64,000 nt of DNA from NCBI GenBank assembly GCA_951406725.2, contig OX597835.1, positions 46,190,001-46,254,000 on the forward strand, read 5' to 3'. Every line of letters starts with the position of its first letter. Positions within the stretch are counted from its first letter, which is position 1. The stretch comes from Octopus vulgaris (taxonomy: Eukaryota). Under the pieces are notes generated by a model. It saw only the letters and a program-made list of their open reading frames with translations, was not told the origin of the DNA and did not search any database. The translations under genes were made by a program, and so were the position numbers. This document shows positions 44,400-59,680 of this stretch, piece by piece.

Positions 44400-46222
44400 C
44401 AAAAAATAGTAAAGAGTGAAAAAACGACAGAAGGCTTAAATGTTAAAAAATATATATATTTGCGTCAATATGTCTGAAGAATATTAGAAAATTAAAAAAA
44501 TTTTTTTTTTTCCTTATAATGACATAATTTTTAAAGAAAGACCGGTTTCGCATTTAGCTTTTCAAATTTCTTGTGACGTTATGTTTATGTTGAATAGAGT
44601 TATCCTTGTGTTTATGCTCCGGAGAGTTCTAAATAAGGGAAGGTAGTGGGTGATTTCTTCCGGTGTAAGGGAGATAATCGCTTAAAAATTTTTTTTCCCT
44701 TTTCCCTTAATGTGAATTTCTCTGTATCAGTATGTTCGGATGGTTGAGTCTGGGCTTGTACTTTTCAATGAAGAATGTTTCCTTGTTTAGTCTAATTTGT
44801 GTTGATGATCCGAAAGCACATTGGTAAAATGGAAGGATTAAAAATTGTGGTAGTAGTTGTTTTGCGCATTTCTCAATGTGCTCACTAAAAGGTATCATTC
44901 TATATTCTGGGAATGCAATCTGTTGTCGATGCAGTGTGCATCTACGTCTGAGTGATAGTCCCGTGGAACCCACGTAGTCTTGGTGGCAGCCCGAGCATTT
45001 TATGACATAAATAATGTTTTCAGAGGCACAAGTAAAGTTAGATTTGATCTTGAATTTCTGTCCCTCTTTAAAGAGGAATTCTGATCCTGCTAGCAGGTTA
45101 GGACATGTTGCACAGTTCGATCTACCACATTTTTTTACTTTTGCATCCGTAATTTCAGAAGACAATTTTGCCTTTGTGAGAATCTTTTTAAGTGATTTAG
45201 GCTGTTTGTAGCTTTTAATGATTTGGTGTATGTTTAGAATTTCCTTTAATTTGGGTTTTTTATGAAGTATTGGTAAATTCTGGGTGATGATGGTGAAGGC
45301 TTCTTTGTTTCTGGGGCTGTATGTAGATATGTAAGGTAGTATTTTCGGGGAAGGTGTGTTGTTGTGTTGAACTTTTCTTAAAGTTTCTATGTTGATTTCT
45401 GTTGCACGTCTGATCCCATCCTCTATGAGTTGAGCTGGGTAATGTCTGTCAATTAGGGTGTTTTTGATTTCTTGCAGTCTAAAGTTCCTGGTATTTTGTT
45501 CTGACACTATTGTGCATATCCTTCTTGCAAGGTTGAAGGGGATGTTTGTTTTAGTGTGTCTTTGGTGGCATGAATTAAAAAGAAGGTATTGTTTGGCGTC
45601 TGTGGCTTTGTAGAAAATGTCTGTTTCTATTTTAAGGTTAATTTTTTTAATTAGTATATCCAAGAACGGAGCTCCTTTTGGTTGTATTCCATTGTGAACT
45701 GTATATTTGGGTTTATGCTGTTCAATAGGTTTTTAAATTTTAGGAGTTTATCTGTGTTTTCATTCCAGAGAATAAAACAATCGTCTAAGAATCGTTTCCA
45801 GTTCTCTTTTATGTATTGAGAGAGGGGGTTTCCAAAGATTGATAAAGATTCCTGGTAAATGATTATTTCCATGTATCCCATTGTTAAGTTCGCAATGACT
45901 GGTGCTGCCCTTGTACCCATAGCAATTCCGGATTTTTGACGGCAAAATGTATTGTCAAACATGAAGTGGTTATTGTGTAGGATGAATTCAATTGATTTAG
46001 TAATTAATTCTTTACTGATCCTTTTTGGTATTTCTTCCGGAAATTGGTCTAGCCAGAACTGTATTGTCTCCAGTCCATAATTATGAGGTATACTGGTATA
46101 CAAGTTGACTACATCAAATGAAACCAGGATTGTTTCTTCCTTGGCTTTTTTTTGGAAGGTGGTTTAACATATCTAAGTCATCTCTGATATGGCTATCGAT
46201 ATGTTTAAGGAAGGGTTTCAAT
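44400..46222 (-). mobile_element. 5'-truncated Penelope-like retroelement (Neptune-type RT + Zn finger + GIY-YIG), copy 1
   Basis: [45 protein letters not shown] and [24 protein letters not shown]. There are two single-base frameshifts (about 45670 and 46150). Both ends lie in (TA)n. Confidence 0.95.
44534..44572 (-). ncRNA. Minimal hammerhead-like motif in PLE 3' UTR, U3-A8 variant
   Basis: Minus strand: aagaaat-TTGAAAA-gc(taaat)gc-GAAA-ccgg-TC-tttctt. Confidence 0.65.
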
Positions 46223-46286
46223 GTATATATATGTATATATATACATATACATATATATGTACATATATATATATACATATATATAT

Positions 46287-46359
<73 letters not shown>

Positions 46360-46946
46360 CATATATACATATACAAATATAAGTATATATACATATATAT
46401 ACATATATACATATACAAATATAAGTATATATACATATATATACATATATACATATACAAATACATGTATATATACATATTTATATAAACACATACGCGC
46501 ACACACACACGCACACACACACACATGTATATCGTACATAAATTCCTCTTACCATTTTTCTGCCAACACCAGTGAGACAGTCTTGACGATATTTTGCATA
46601 GAGGTGAAACTAACATCAAGTTAAAATATAGGCTAATTGGATTTCAAAAAAAAAAATCTATAGTGGGGGACATGGGGGAGTTTGGTTATTATTTGATAAA
46701 ATGAAAAGGGCGCAAATAGTGTTAGCATGAGGGAGATGTGGCGGCATAGTGAGTGTAGCATATATGTATATATGTGTGTGCGTGTGTGTATGTATATATG
46801 TATGTATATATATATATATCTTACGGAGATGTACTTGCATAGCGAGTGACTTGATCTGAGATCGTGTGCTGGAACGAAAACAATTGCAGCGTGGAAGGTG
46901 TTTATAAGCCATTTAAGAAACACACAAAACTGTTAGATTCACTTCA

Positions 46947-47098
46947 ACATTTAAATTTAATTTGTCAAAATATTTTCATCGCTTTGAGACCACAACCTGT
47001 TCATTGACAAAACTTCGTGCTGCATCACGAAGCTTTGTCAGGAAACAGGTCGCAATCTCAAAGTGACGAAAATATTTTGACAAATTAAATTTAAATGT
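46947..47098. repeat. About 150-bp inverted repeat, each arm carrying a hammerhead-like motif
   Basis: ACATTTAAATTTAATTTGTCAAAATATTTTC...GAAAATATTTTGACAAATTAAATTTAAATGT. Each arm reads tttgtca-(ATGAACA or GGAAACA)-stem II-GAAA-atat-TT-tgacaaa. Confidence 0.85.
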
Positions 47099-47111
47099 GT
47101 ATATATATATA

Positions 47112-47155
<44 letters not shown>

Positions 47156-47378
47156 GTATGTATTATGTATGTATGTATTTATGTATGTGTGTATGTATGC
47201 TTTTGAGTCAAGTATATATATATATATAAAAGCAATGTGACCAGTAAACTGAAGAATTACTCAATAGTTTTAGTCAAATGCATTCAAGTTATACAAGATG
47301 AAGTTTAATAGTGACTTCGAAGTTTGAGCCTCTGGTTTGCTCTTGGCATTATATAGTCTTTGGCAATTTGTTTTTCTG

Positions 47379-47430
47379 GCGTTGGTGTAACTATGAGGAA
47401 ATGGTAATTTCCTCATAGTTACACCTACGC
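47379..47430. repeat. Near-perfect 24-bp hairpin
   Basis: GCGTTGGTGTAACTATGAGGAAAT-ggta-ATTTCCTCATAGTTACACCTACGC. Confidence 0.9.
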
Positions 47431-47734
47431 TAAGTTGTGTTAATGTTTAGAGTTCAGTCAAGCGTAAAAACGTGTGTGCAATTGAGTTGTTCCAGGTTTC
47501 AGGTGATTAGATATTCTCTATAGATATTTGGTTTTGTTATGTTTCAAGTTGCATCAAAAAGAAGGTTTGTACATGAATTATCAAGTTGGTTAACATAACT
47601 CCAACTGAGTTTAAATAAATACACAATTTAATTGTTTCCTCTTTCTGAATAGAAATCAAATAGATATCGATAGTGTAGAAAGTTCCGAGGCTCTGGTACC
47701 GTTGGTTTAGAGGTTCAATCCCCACCATTCATAT

Positions 47735-48948
47735 GTAATGCTACCTATGTCTGCACAAGCGGGAGTGGGGATATTCATAGTTCGATTTTGTTATGGAGTG
47801 AATCCCACCAATTGGTAGGGTGCGTCTTCTAACCTTTAGGCTATACGAAAGTCCACTGTGGTTGTTGTAATTATGTGCACGAAACAGCGAATCAAAATAC
47901 AAGTGTTTTCTTGGTGAGAGCACGGCAGATTTCGCCATAGTTAAGATCGAGGCATTCGACTTGCAATGTGATTGAATGCGCAAGTCCGCAACGGTCACTA
48001 GATGTGAAAAGAAGTGATTAATAGGAATGGCGACTTTCAAAAATGCCAATAGAGAAGCCTTACTAGACTTCTGTGGTGGAAGAAGACTCCCTCATCAGGA
48101 ACACATTCTTCCAGCATAGGGATTTTCCTAAGCAATCCTGGTACAAGGATACTTTGGGAAAGAGGCTACTGATAGAATTTGTTATGACTTTGGCATATTT
48201 TATTCTGTGCTGGACAGGGACAGAGATATCAACTGACCCCTACGTCGTTTTCTGCTGCCTTAGACTATCAACAGCAGAGAGAATACACAAAGGTGATACG
48301 TTCATTCCGACTAAGAGGACGCCTTAGTAGATACTGGAAATAAAAGCAGGCATGCAGACGGCAGACGACACTATTGCATCTAAATCCTGAAACATTTCGA
48401 AGCAAAAGAAGGATGTCGAAACGGAATGAAGAATATTCTGTTCGTCAGTTCCTTCTTTGGTTGAAATTTATGTGTGTGGAAGTGGCTCTCGTGGTGCCAG
48501 GCGACGGAAGATCCCCTGGTTTAATCAAGAAGTTAGAAGTGCCATCCAAACGAAGAAAGGAGGTTACAAAAAGTTGGCTTAGGAAGAAGAGTCCTCTTTT
48601 TGCTCAGGCAGTACACGGAGGCGCGAGAGGCTGCGGCAAAGACAGTAAAAACGTCCACGCTAAAGTCATGGGATGACTTTGGGGTTAAAGTGAACAGTGC
48701 GTTTAGATTTGCCAATTAAGTATTCTGGCTTCCACTGTAAAAAGAAGCTCTCTTTCACACATGGCATGAAAAACTCGGCTGAGATTCTCGCAGAGAAGGA
48801 AACATCTTTGGGAGGTGGAGAGAATACTTTGAGAATACTGCTAAACCAAATCAAGATGCAATCTTCTAGTAAACAAAAGGTGTATCGAGGAATGAAGTCA
48901 AACTTCACAGAGGCTGTAGTCATAGCGACGAAGGGCCAGTGTGCTTGA
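47735..48948 (+). pseudogene. Decayed LINE (RTE-like) AP-endonuclease and linker region
   Basis: AQAGVGIFI, LLDF..EEDSLIRNTFFQHRD..SWY..RLLIEFV..GTEISTDPYVV (APE motifs) and L.RWREYF..LLN, with many disablements. Confidence 0.75.
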
Positions 48949-48970
48949 GTATATATATATATATATATCG

Positions 48971-49347
48971 TGGCACTCGGACGGTTACGGCGCCGTGGGT
49001 TCCATTCGATCCGATCAATGGAGCAGCCTGCTCATAAAATTAACGTGCAAGTGGCTGAGCACTCCACAGATACGTGTACCCTTAACATAGTTCTCGGGTA
49101 GATTCAGCGTAACACAGAGTGTGACAAGGCTGGCCTTTTGGAACACAGGTACAACAGAAACAGGAAGAAAGAGTCAGTGAAAGTTCTGAAAGAGTACAGC
49201 AGGGTTCGCCGCCACCCTCTGCCGGAGCAACGTGGAGCTTTTAAGTGTTTTCGATCAATAAACACTCACAACTCTCAGTCTGGGAATCGAAACCGCGATC
49301 CCACGATCGCGAGTCCGCTGCCCTAACCACTGGGCCATTGCGCCTCC
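48971..49347 (-). mobile_element. tRNA-derived SINE (family C)
   Basis: Homologous to 24181-24558, with intact A/B boxes (TGGCCCAGTGGTTAGG; GGTTTCGATTCCC). Confidence 0.88.
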
Positions 49348-49351
49348 GTGT

Positions 49352-49456
<105 letters not shown>

Positions 49457-49498
49457 TGATTGATTGATTCCAGTTCCAGCCTATGAGCTGTGGCCATG

Positions 49499-49562
<64 letters not shown>

Positions 49563-49599
49563 ATAAAAGTTTGTTTGGTAAAGCACGTGGGTGAATATA

Positions 49600-51308
<1,709 letters not shown>

Positions 51309-51334
51309 TGTTTGTGTTTGTGTTTGTCCTCCAC

Positions 51335-51515
51335 CACCACTGCTTTCCATTATCATTTGGTTCCTTTATGTTCACTTTACTTAGCTGTTCAGTCAAAGTG
51401 TCCAGTGGAATGAGTACCAGGCATTATCAAATATGTACTGGGGTCGATTCATTCGACTGAAACTCTTCAAGTTTGCGCTCCAGCATGGCCGCTGCACAGC
51501 GACTAAAATAAGAAA
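51335..51515 (+). mobile_element. Decayed SINE 3' part (family A-related)
   Basis: TACTGGGGTCGATTCATTCGACT..GCTCCAGCATGGCCGC. Confidence 0.6.
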
Positions 51516-52658
51516 ACGATATATATTTACGAAACCAGTTGCTAACGTACGAACACAAATACATCGTCGTTATATATGTTTTGTAATGCGGAAGACAGGG
51601 TATACAAAATGATTACATGGTGCATAAACACTATTGACTTGAAGGAAATGTGACTTGAAACGAAAAAGTAACCGGTACATTTGGTGAGTAAAAGTAAACA
51701 CTTCTGCTAGTAGCATCAAATAGTACCATGCGATGGTTGTTTGTTAACAGAACATCAAAGTCATATTTTAAAATAATATAGGAAATAACTCCAAGTGTGT
51801 ATGCGTTTGCAGCGGAGAGAAGCAGAATTCTTAAAAACCTGTCTCTGAATGAAATCCTACGTAAACATAAGACTGGAAAGGAAGGATATTTCAAATAAAT
51901 GAACAATGCCGAGAAAAAATATGTATAAATACAGACTTTCAAATAGTCTCCTGCGCTTTTACTTCGTTCTGAAGCGCCTCCTATGTGTGTTCTTCTCTCT
52001 CTTCCTCTCTCTCTCTCTCTCATTCTCTCTCTTCCTGTCGCTCTCTTTCATATATGTGTGTGTGTTTACACACACACACACACGCATATATATGAATGTA
52101 TGTGTGTGTATGTGTGTGTTTGTGTGCGCGGAGTAGAAGTAGGTTTGTGTATGTCTACACATAAAGTCATACTTACGTATGTATTTATGAAGTGAGGTAG
52201 GTAGGAAGGTCAGTGTATGTTTGTGTGTTTGTGCGACTCTTTGTATATGGTTTTTGAGTCTCTGTGTCTGTTTAATTTGAAGTGTGTATACTAATTGCTG
52301 AAAAATAAAATAAGTTTATCAGCAATTTTTTAGCAACATTTCTCCTCCCTATGTCTCGTCTGGTTTCTCATTTCATGTAGATCTATATGTATATATATGT
52401 ACTTCATATATATATATATATATATATATACACGCACATGCACACACAGGTACATAAACACACATCCAAACACACGTAGTATATCATATTTAGAATTATT
52501 TCTGTATCGTTTAACTCTTTCACTACAGCTGTTGATAATGTATAGAGAAAAGGAAATAACACATTATCTTGCATTACGATATATCCTTCACTGCGACTTT
52601 TGATAATGAAGCGGAAATGTCTAAGGTAGATTTCATCAAATCATGAAACTTCAATTAA

Positions 52659-52694
<36 letters not shown>

Positions 52695-52723
52695 TGTGTG
52701 TGTGTGTGTGTGAGTATAGATAT

Positions 52724-52775
<52 letters not shown>

Positions 52776-52957
52776 ACATACATAAGTGTGTGTGTGTATA
52801 AATGTATGTGTGTATATATATATATATCAGTATGTAAAAGTTTGAAAGTTCTAACGTTGTAGTAATCATAGCTCTCAGTCCTTTCATGTATTACAGAATA
52901 TTTAATCTTCATCGGTTTCTAGATTTCTAGAGCGGGTATTTTAAAATTTATATCTCC

Positions 52958-52995
<38 letters not shown>

Positions 52996-53267
52996 ATATA
53001 TATATATATATATTGCCGGTGTCTACAAAGCAATGAATAGTTTTGCGGAAACCATGGAATGCTTTGTTTTCTGACTTCTTAATCATCTCATAATAATGAC
53101 TTTTATGACGTTTATTACTACCTCAGTCCATCTAAATGTATATATCTGTCGTTATCTTTCATAAAAAGCCTTTTTTTATTTACAATGTGCATTTTCGTTG
53201 ATTTTTCATATTTCACCCTTACATTTCCACGTGTATTTTATATTTTCTTTTTATAAATTATTTCTAC

Positions 53268-53313
<46 letters not shown>

Positions 53314-53545
53314 TGCGTGTGTGTTTGTGTGTGTGTGTTTGCCTGTGTATATATCTATATATGTATGTATGTATTTTACTCATAAGGTATTGGAATATTA
53401 TATGTATACCATTCTACCTAAAAAAATGGATCTACAAATGCAATATCCCTACATATCTCACATCTATTTGGTTTTATTTCCTCCACCTCACTCTCTATTT
53501 TATGTCTTGTATAAATTAACTATTTCTTAACCATCATCTCACACC

Positions 53546-53593
53546 GTCTCCGATGAAGGGATATAATAAATATCCTGGAAACAGCTGTAAGAC
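53546..53593 (+). ncRNA. Minimal hammerhead-like motif, U4C core variant
   Basis: gtct-CCGATGA-a-gggatat(aataa)atatcct-g-GAAA-cagctg-TA-agac, with palindromic ACAGCTGT. It lies within an about 300-bp island bounded by TA-rich repeats. Confidence 0.7.
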
Positions 53594-53679
53594 CTTCTAT
53601 CTATTAATGTTCTAAAATCTACACACCCTTGGTTTTTTATCACATCATAAAATAAAAGTTTTATGTATGTATATATTTG

Positions 53680-53746
<67 letters not shown>

Positions 53747-53833
53747 ATAATAAATATTAGGGAATAAATCCAAATTTACAGGGAAAAATCAGATTTAGGA
53801 TTGAATCCAATTTTATAGTAAAATATTATATAA

Positions 53834-53992
53834 TATTAATTAGAGACAAAACCACTATTTTGCAAATCAAACAAGGAAAGACTTAATCAATACATAAAAA
53901 AATTTTAATATAAAGTAAATAATATTAAATTTTTTTATGTATTGATTAAGTCTTTCCTTGTTTGATTTGCAAAATAGTGGTTTTGTTTCTAA

Positions 53993-53998
<6 letters not shown>
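53834..53998. repeat. Inverted repeat with arms of about 75 bp
   Basis: TATTAATTAGAGACAAAACCACTATTTTGCAAATCAAACAAGGAAAGACTTAATCAATAC.. and its reverse complement. Confidence 0.9.
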
Positions 53999-54057
<59 letters not shown>

Positions 54058-55871
54058 ATGTATGTATGTACGTATATATATATATGTATATATATATGTT
54101 TGTGCGTGTACATGTGTACGCGTTGTACTCATGTGTATGCGAATGCATTTACACGACAAAATTTACGATGGGAATGGTATGATTTATTAAATTTCGTAAA
54201 TGCGCTTTATTCTATTTTATTTTGCAATGGTAATATAGTCTTATTCTCGGTCTCCTTGTTTAGGAATTTATTCTCCAGTTAATATTTACTGAAGAACAGT
54301 AGAATCCAGTACTTCCATAACAACGCCACACTTTTGAAGAACAAACTGCAAAGTAAGAGCCACGTCGTTGTTTCAGAATATCGCCGTGACAATAGTTTCT
54401 GTCTAAGATATCCTCCCGAGAAACTATACTAGCGTGGAGCAGATTAAGGAATTAGGTTTGGTGTAAAGACGAATAAGCTCGAAAGTGTGAACTAAAAACA
54501 ATTCTCCCGTTGTTTCACATCTAAAGACACTATTTGTCATTCATTTCGATTCAACATGATCATGTATTTCCTTCGTTGAATTCTATGCTTTCTAACAGAA
54601 AGACCGCCCTCCGGGAGGTTTTCTACTGGGCACTTGATGATATTTTCACATTTAATTTCCAATTCTAATAATTATTATGATATTTTCAGCCGTCGTGTCT
54701 TTGCTGCTAAATGTTGTTTTTCAGTCTCATTTTTTTTTTTTTTTTGGCATTCTTTCAGTTGAACCAGCAGAAATGCCAAAATAAACAGCTGGCTTTGTTC
54801 GTTAATTTTCGTATTTTCATTTATTTATTTACTTTTGTTGTATCGTAAAATACAGGAGAAACTGAAAGATATATGTACTGTATAGGAAATGGACGTCTGT
54901 ATATGTGTGTGAGAGAGAGAAAGAGGAAGGGAGAGAAAGAAAAGATGGTGTGCGATAGTGTGTGTTGTCATGTATACGAACATACATAAATATGCATACG
55001 TGATTTTTGTGTGTATGTATGCGTGTGTGAGAGAGAGGATGGGTGTCACTTAAACATCACTCTCTCTCTCCTTCTCTCTCTCTCTCTCTCACACACACTG
55101 GCACATACATACGAACGAGATGTATGCATATGCATTTGTATATGTACGTGTACATGACAACAAACCCCTTCACGCCCTCGCTCTGTCTCTCTCACGCACA
55201 CAAACACACGCAAACATACACACATACATAAATGTATATAAGCGTACATACAAAAACACACGTGTGCGTGTGTGACTGACTACAAATACACAGAGGCAAT
55301 GTGTGTGTATGAGAGAGGGAGCGAATGGTGAGAGAGAACATTGCAAAATGAATGAAATAAACATGGAATGAAAATATCGTATAAATAAAAGCTTCTAGCA
55401 AATATATAAATTTGTGAACTTGAAATATTCAAGTTCAGAAAGAAAATTTTCCTAGAAACTCCAATTTATAAAATTCTCACTTACTTAGTAAATATTTTCT
55501 CCAGTTATTTATCGTAGTTCATTGCAAATAACGAATTAAAACTCGAAATGAAAACATTAAAACAGAAAGTGATATATATATATAAACAGCAATATTATTC
55601 ATTTTTAATTGAAATAATATACTGAAGGCCCTAGTATGCATCAGAGGTCAAATTACTCATGCATTCCAAGTATGGAACCAATTTGCGCAGCCGCTTACGC
55701 GTGAAAAGCGAATTGACACAAACGCACACACACGCACAAACACACACACACAGGACTATTTTATATATCAGATCATTTTATAACTTATACTTTATATTTT
55801 ATATTTTATATCAGATTATATTATATATCAGATTATTTTATTTATTATTACTATTATTATTATTATTGTTA

Positions 55872-56030
55872 TTGCCTTTGCACAGCTTCTAACACTGGAG
55901 ATGTACTGCGGTGTCACCTGTTCACAACCAGTGAACTAAGGTAACACCTCTTATTTTTCGATCACCACCCGGAGTATTCGAGCGTTTCCAAGCAGTGTTG
56001 CTTACTGCAAGTGATCCACCCTTATTGCAG
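55872..56030 (-). mobile_element. 3' end of R4/Dong-like element
   Basis: RVDHLQ*ATLLGNARILRVVIEK* (cf. LQKTALLGTARILR) plus the shared 3' UTR, within (TAA)n. Confidence 0.8.
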
Positions 56031-56033
56031 CCC

Positions 56034-56303
<270 letters not shown>

Positions 56304-56530
56304 TATGTTTGACTTTTGCTTTATATTTGTACAAGTTGGCTCCAAGTCTCACCCAGAGACCTCAAGAGACAACAGGGTTGGAAGTTCATGTTGTTGTTAT
56401 GCCTAGTGTGCCATATATTTGGGGGGTGGGGATGTTGTACTAATGAATGTCTAAAAAGAAAAAAAAAAGTTTTTTTTTTTTTTTTTTTTTTTTAAACCGA
56501 AAATTATGTTTGTTTTAAACCTTGAGATTA

Positions 56531-56626
<96 letters not shown>

Positions 56627-57263
56627 CTACAACAGCCAGTAATATTTTCGAAGGTATTAATTTCTTTCGACGTAAAAATATTTCGACGTAAAAGTTTATA
56701 TCCAACGTTATGTAGAATTATAATTTGTAGGTTTTATTCTTTAGATATCTATTAAGCATAACGTGCAATTCGTCTGCACTTTGTGTTCTTTAGATATTCA
56801 GTGACGTCATCAATCTTAGTAGATAACTATACTCATTTTTACTTTATGATTCGGGAGTATTTTTCTATGTGGATTTAAAATTGTTAAAAAATATGTAATT
56901 ATTATGGTATTTTTAATATTTTAATTTTTACATTTCCTTTTTATAATGTAGTTATTCAATGACGTCGTTCTTGGTTGAATGAATGTCTAAAGTTAAATTT
57001 GGTTTAGGGTTTCATTTTCTTCGCGTTTTTAAGAACTAAACCTTTTTAGGAATTTCAGTTAGAATTTCACCAATTTGGATTACCTTGGTAATGTTATGGC
57101 GACATAAATTTTCTCACATCGTTATTAATTTAGATATTATGCATACATGTATGTGTGCATGAATATATACACACATATATATATGTGTGTGTATACATAT
57201 ACATATATATGTATATATATATGTGTGTGTGTATACATATACACACATATATATATATATATA

Positions 57264-57321
<58 letters not shown>

Positions 57322-57420
57322 TTGTGTGTGTGTGTATACACATACATACATAGATACATATCGTTAGCTTCTATACGCATTTTTTCTCTCCTTGTTTCTC
57401 TCCTTGTTTTTATCTGTGTA

Positions 57421-57458
57421 TCTTTCTGTCGAAGATCGTAGGCTCGAAACGTAAAAGA
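57421..57458 (+). ncRNA. Degenerate hammerhead-like motif (A6U variant)
   Basis: tcttt-CTGTCGA-a-gatc(gtag)gctc-GAAA-cg-TA-aaaga. Confidence 0.4.
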
Positions 57459-57550
57459 CTTTTTCTGTTTCTATTCCTGAGCGCAATACTAATACATTTG
57501 TTTGTTTTTACTCCACCTGCCTTCGTCTTCTGTTTATTTTCGTAAACTTT

Positions 57551-57639
<89 letters not shown>

Positions 57640-57643
57640 TATA

Positions 57644-58306
57644 TAAGGGATCAGCAAAAGTTGCTTCACCATATACCGAAATTTAGAAATAGCAGTCAAA
57701 ACTATTAATTCTTCTACTACAATAAATCTCCACAGACACTAATACTCGTAACTCACATAGACAAAAAGAAAAAAATACTAACGAAACTAACTAGTTAATT
57801 ATGTACGCTTTTCGGGATTAGAATTGTGTAAAATCCATTTCCTTTGTCAACATGATATTCAAGATTATAAATCTGAAAATGCTAAACAAACTTATGCACG
57901 CTCGATCAAGCGACATCGAATATAACATAATATAAACAGCATTTCCGAATTTATATGGACGTGTAATTCTGTATCCATCCCTCAGTTCACCATGTGCGTC
58001 ACAAGATAGTACCGCAGACAATCTGCAATGTGGTGAAGCAACTTTTGTTGATCCCTTAATTATGTTTATGATTATAAAAAAAAACGTTTTGTATAAGTTT
58101 TACCGATAATGGTTTTTTTTCCATACCCAACTACTTGGTAAAATTTATTAATTATTGAATTGATAATTCTTTACCCTATATCGATATTGATAATTCACTC
58201 CCTATTAACAAATTGCAGATTCGATATAAACCAGAACATTTTAGCCCTTGGTTCAAGGGGTTTCCTCCTATGCCACAGATACCTGTAGTATCCTACTTAC
58301 CTTATT

Positions 58307-58353
<47 letters not shown>

Positions 58354-58358
58354 TATAG

Positions 58359-58417
<59 letters not shown>

Positions 58418-59002
58418 CATATACAAAATATAGAAATAGCAGTCAAAACTATTAAGTGTATGTCCACAGACACTGTACTCGTAACTCACATACAAAAAGA
58501 AAAAAATACTATAACTATATATATTGTGTAAAATCCATCAACATGATATTCAAGATTATAAATCTGAAAATGCTAAACAAACTTATGCACGCTCGATCAA
58601 GCGACATCGAATATAACATAATATAAACAGCATTTCCGAATTTATATGGACGTGTAATTCTGTATCCATCCCTCAGTTCACCATGTGCGTCACAAGATAG
58701 TACCGCAGACAATCTGCAATGTGGTGAAGCAACTTTTGTTGATCCCTTAATTATGTTTATGATTATAAAAAAAAACGTTTTGTATAAGTTTTACCGATAA
58801 TGGTTTTTTTTTCCATACCCAACTACTTGGTAAAATTTATTAATTATTGAATTGATAATTCTTTACCCTATATCGATATTGATAATTCACTCCCTATTAA
58901 CAAATTGCAGATTCGATATAAACCAGAACATTTTAGCCCTTGGTTCAAGGGGTTTCCTCCTATGCCACAGATACCTGTAGTATCCTCTTACCTTCTACTT
59001 TT

Positions 59003-59008
<6 letters not shown>
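57644..59008. repeat. Tandemly duplicated unit of about 600-650 bp with a 28-bp internal inverted repeat
   Basis: 57665-58310 is repeated at about 58415-59008. TAAGGGATCAGCAAAAGTTGCTTCACCA (57644-57671) is inverted at 58031-58058. Confidence 0.9.
57798..57856 (-). ncRNA. Hammerhead-like motif, U3-A8 variant
   Basis: Minus strand: atcatg-TTGACAA-aggaaat-ggatt(ttacacaattct)aatcc-c-GAAA-agcg-TA-cataat. Confidence 0.45.
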
Positions 59009-59041
<33 letters not shown>

Positions 59042-59079
59042 AGAGAGAGAGAGAGAGAAAGAGAAAGAGAGAGATACAG

Positions 59080-59122
<43 letters not shown>

Positions 59123-59143
59123 AACATATATCTGTATATGAGT

Positions 59144-59186
<43 letters not shown>

Positions 59187-59567
59187 TATTATAAAATGAG
59201 ATAGGGGTTGAAAATTCAACCCACCATGGGATAATATATATCCAATATACTGCTAGATAGGTACCCAACAAAATTAATACATAGATGTTAAAAATTGTCA
59301 AGCAATCAGTTCATCTATTGTATTAAATGGGTAAAGGTAATAATATTACCGTAAATTAATACTACAAAATTAGAGAATGGAGAAACATACTTAAATCAGT
59401 AAAACATCAACTATCCGATGATACTCAATCCATACTTTAATACACCATTACATATGAGTAAAGGCAATATATAAAATGAAATGAGATATACAGTAATAGT
59501 AAAAGTAAAAATAAAAAGATAAAGAGATATAAGTAAAAAATTTCAAATATAGTATGCAAATAAATCA

Positions 59568-59680
59568 AAACTGACAGCTGTTTCGGCAGTGAGGACAGTC
59601 ATACCTCATTTAACCTATAAGCCATAAAGGCAGGTATAAATGAGGCATTAACAAGGATGCCCCACGGCCTCTTCAGAGAA
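59568..59680 (-). ncRNA. Hammerhead ribozyme-like motif with canonical core and greatly extended stem II
   Basis: Minus strand: ct-CTGAAGA-ggc[about 80-nt structured insert]gcc-GAAA-cagctg-TC-ag. It lies downstream of, and on the same strand as, the PLE ORF. Confidence 0.7.

Noticed and set aside
48971-49347. Possible tRNA genes in the SINE heads (also 14427, 24558, 190)
   Set aside because: The A/B boxes are followed by repeat bodies present in multiple diverged copies, and there is no complete cloverleaf
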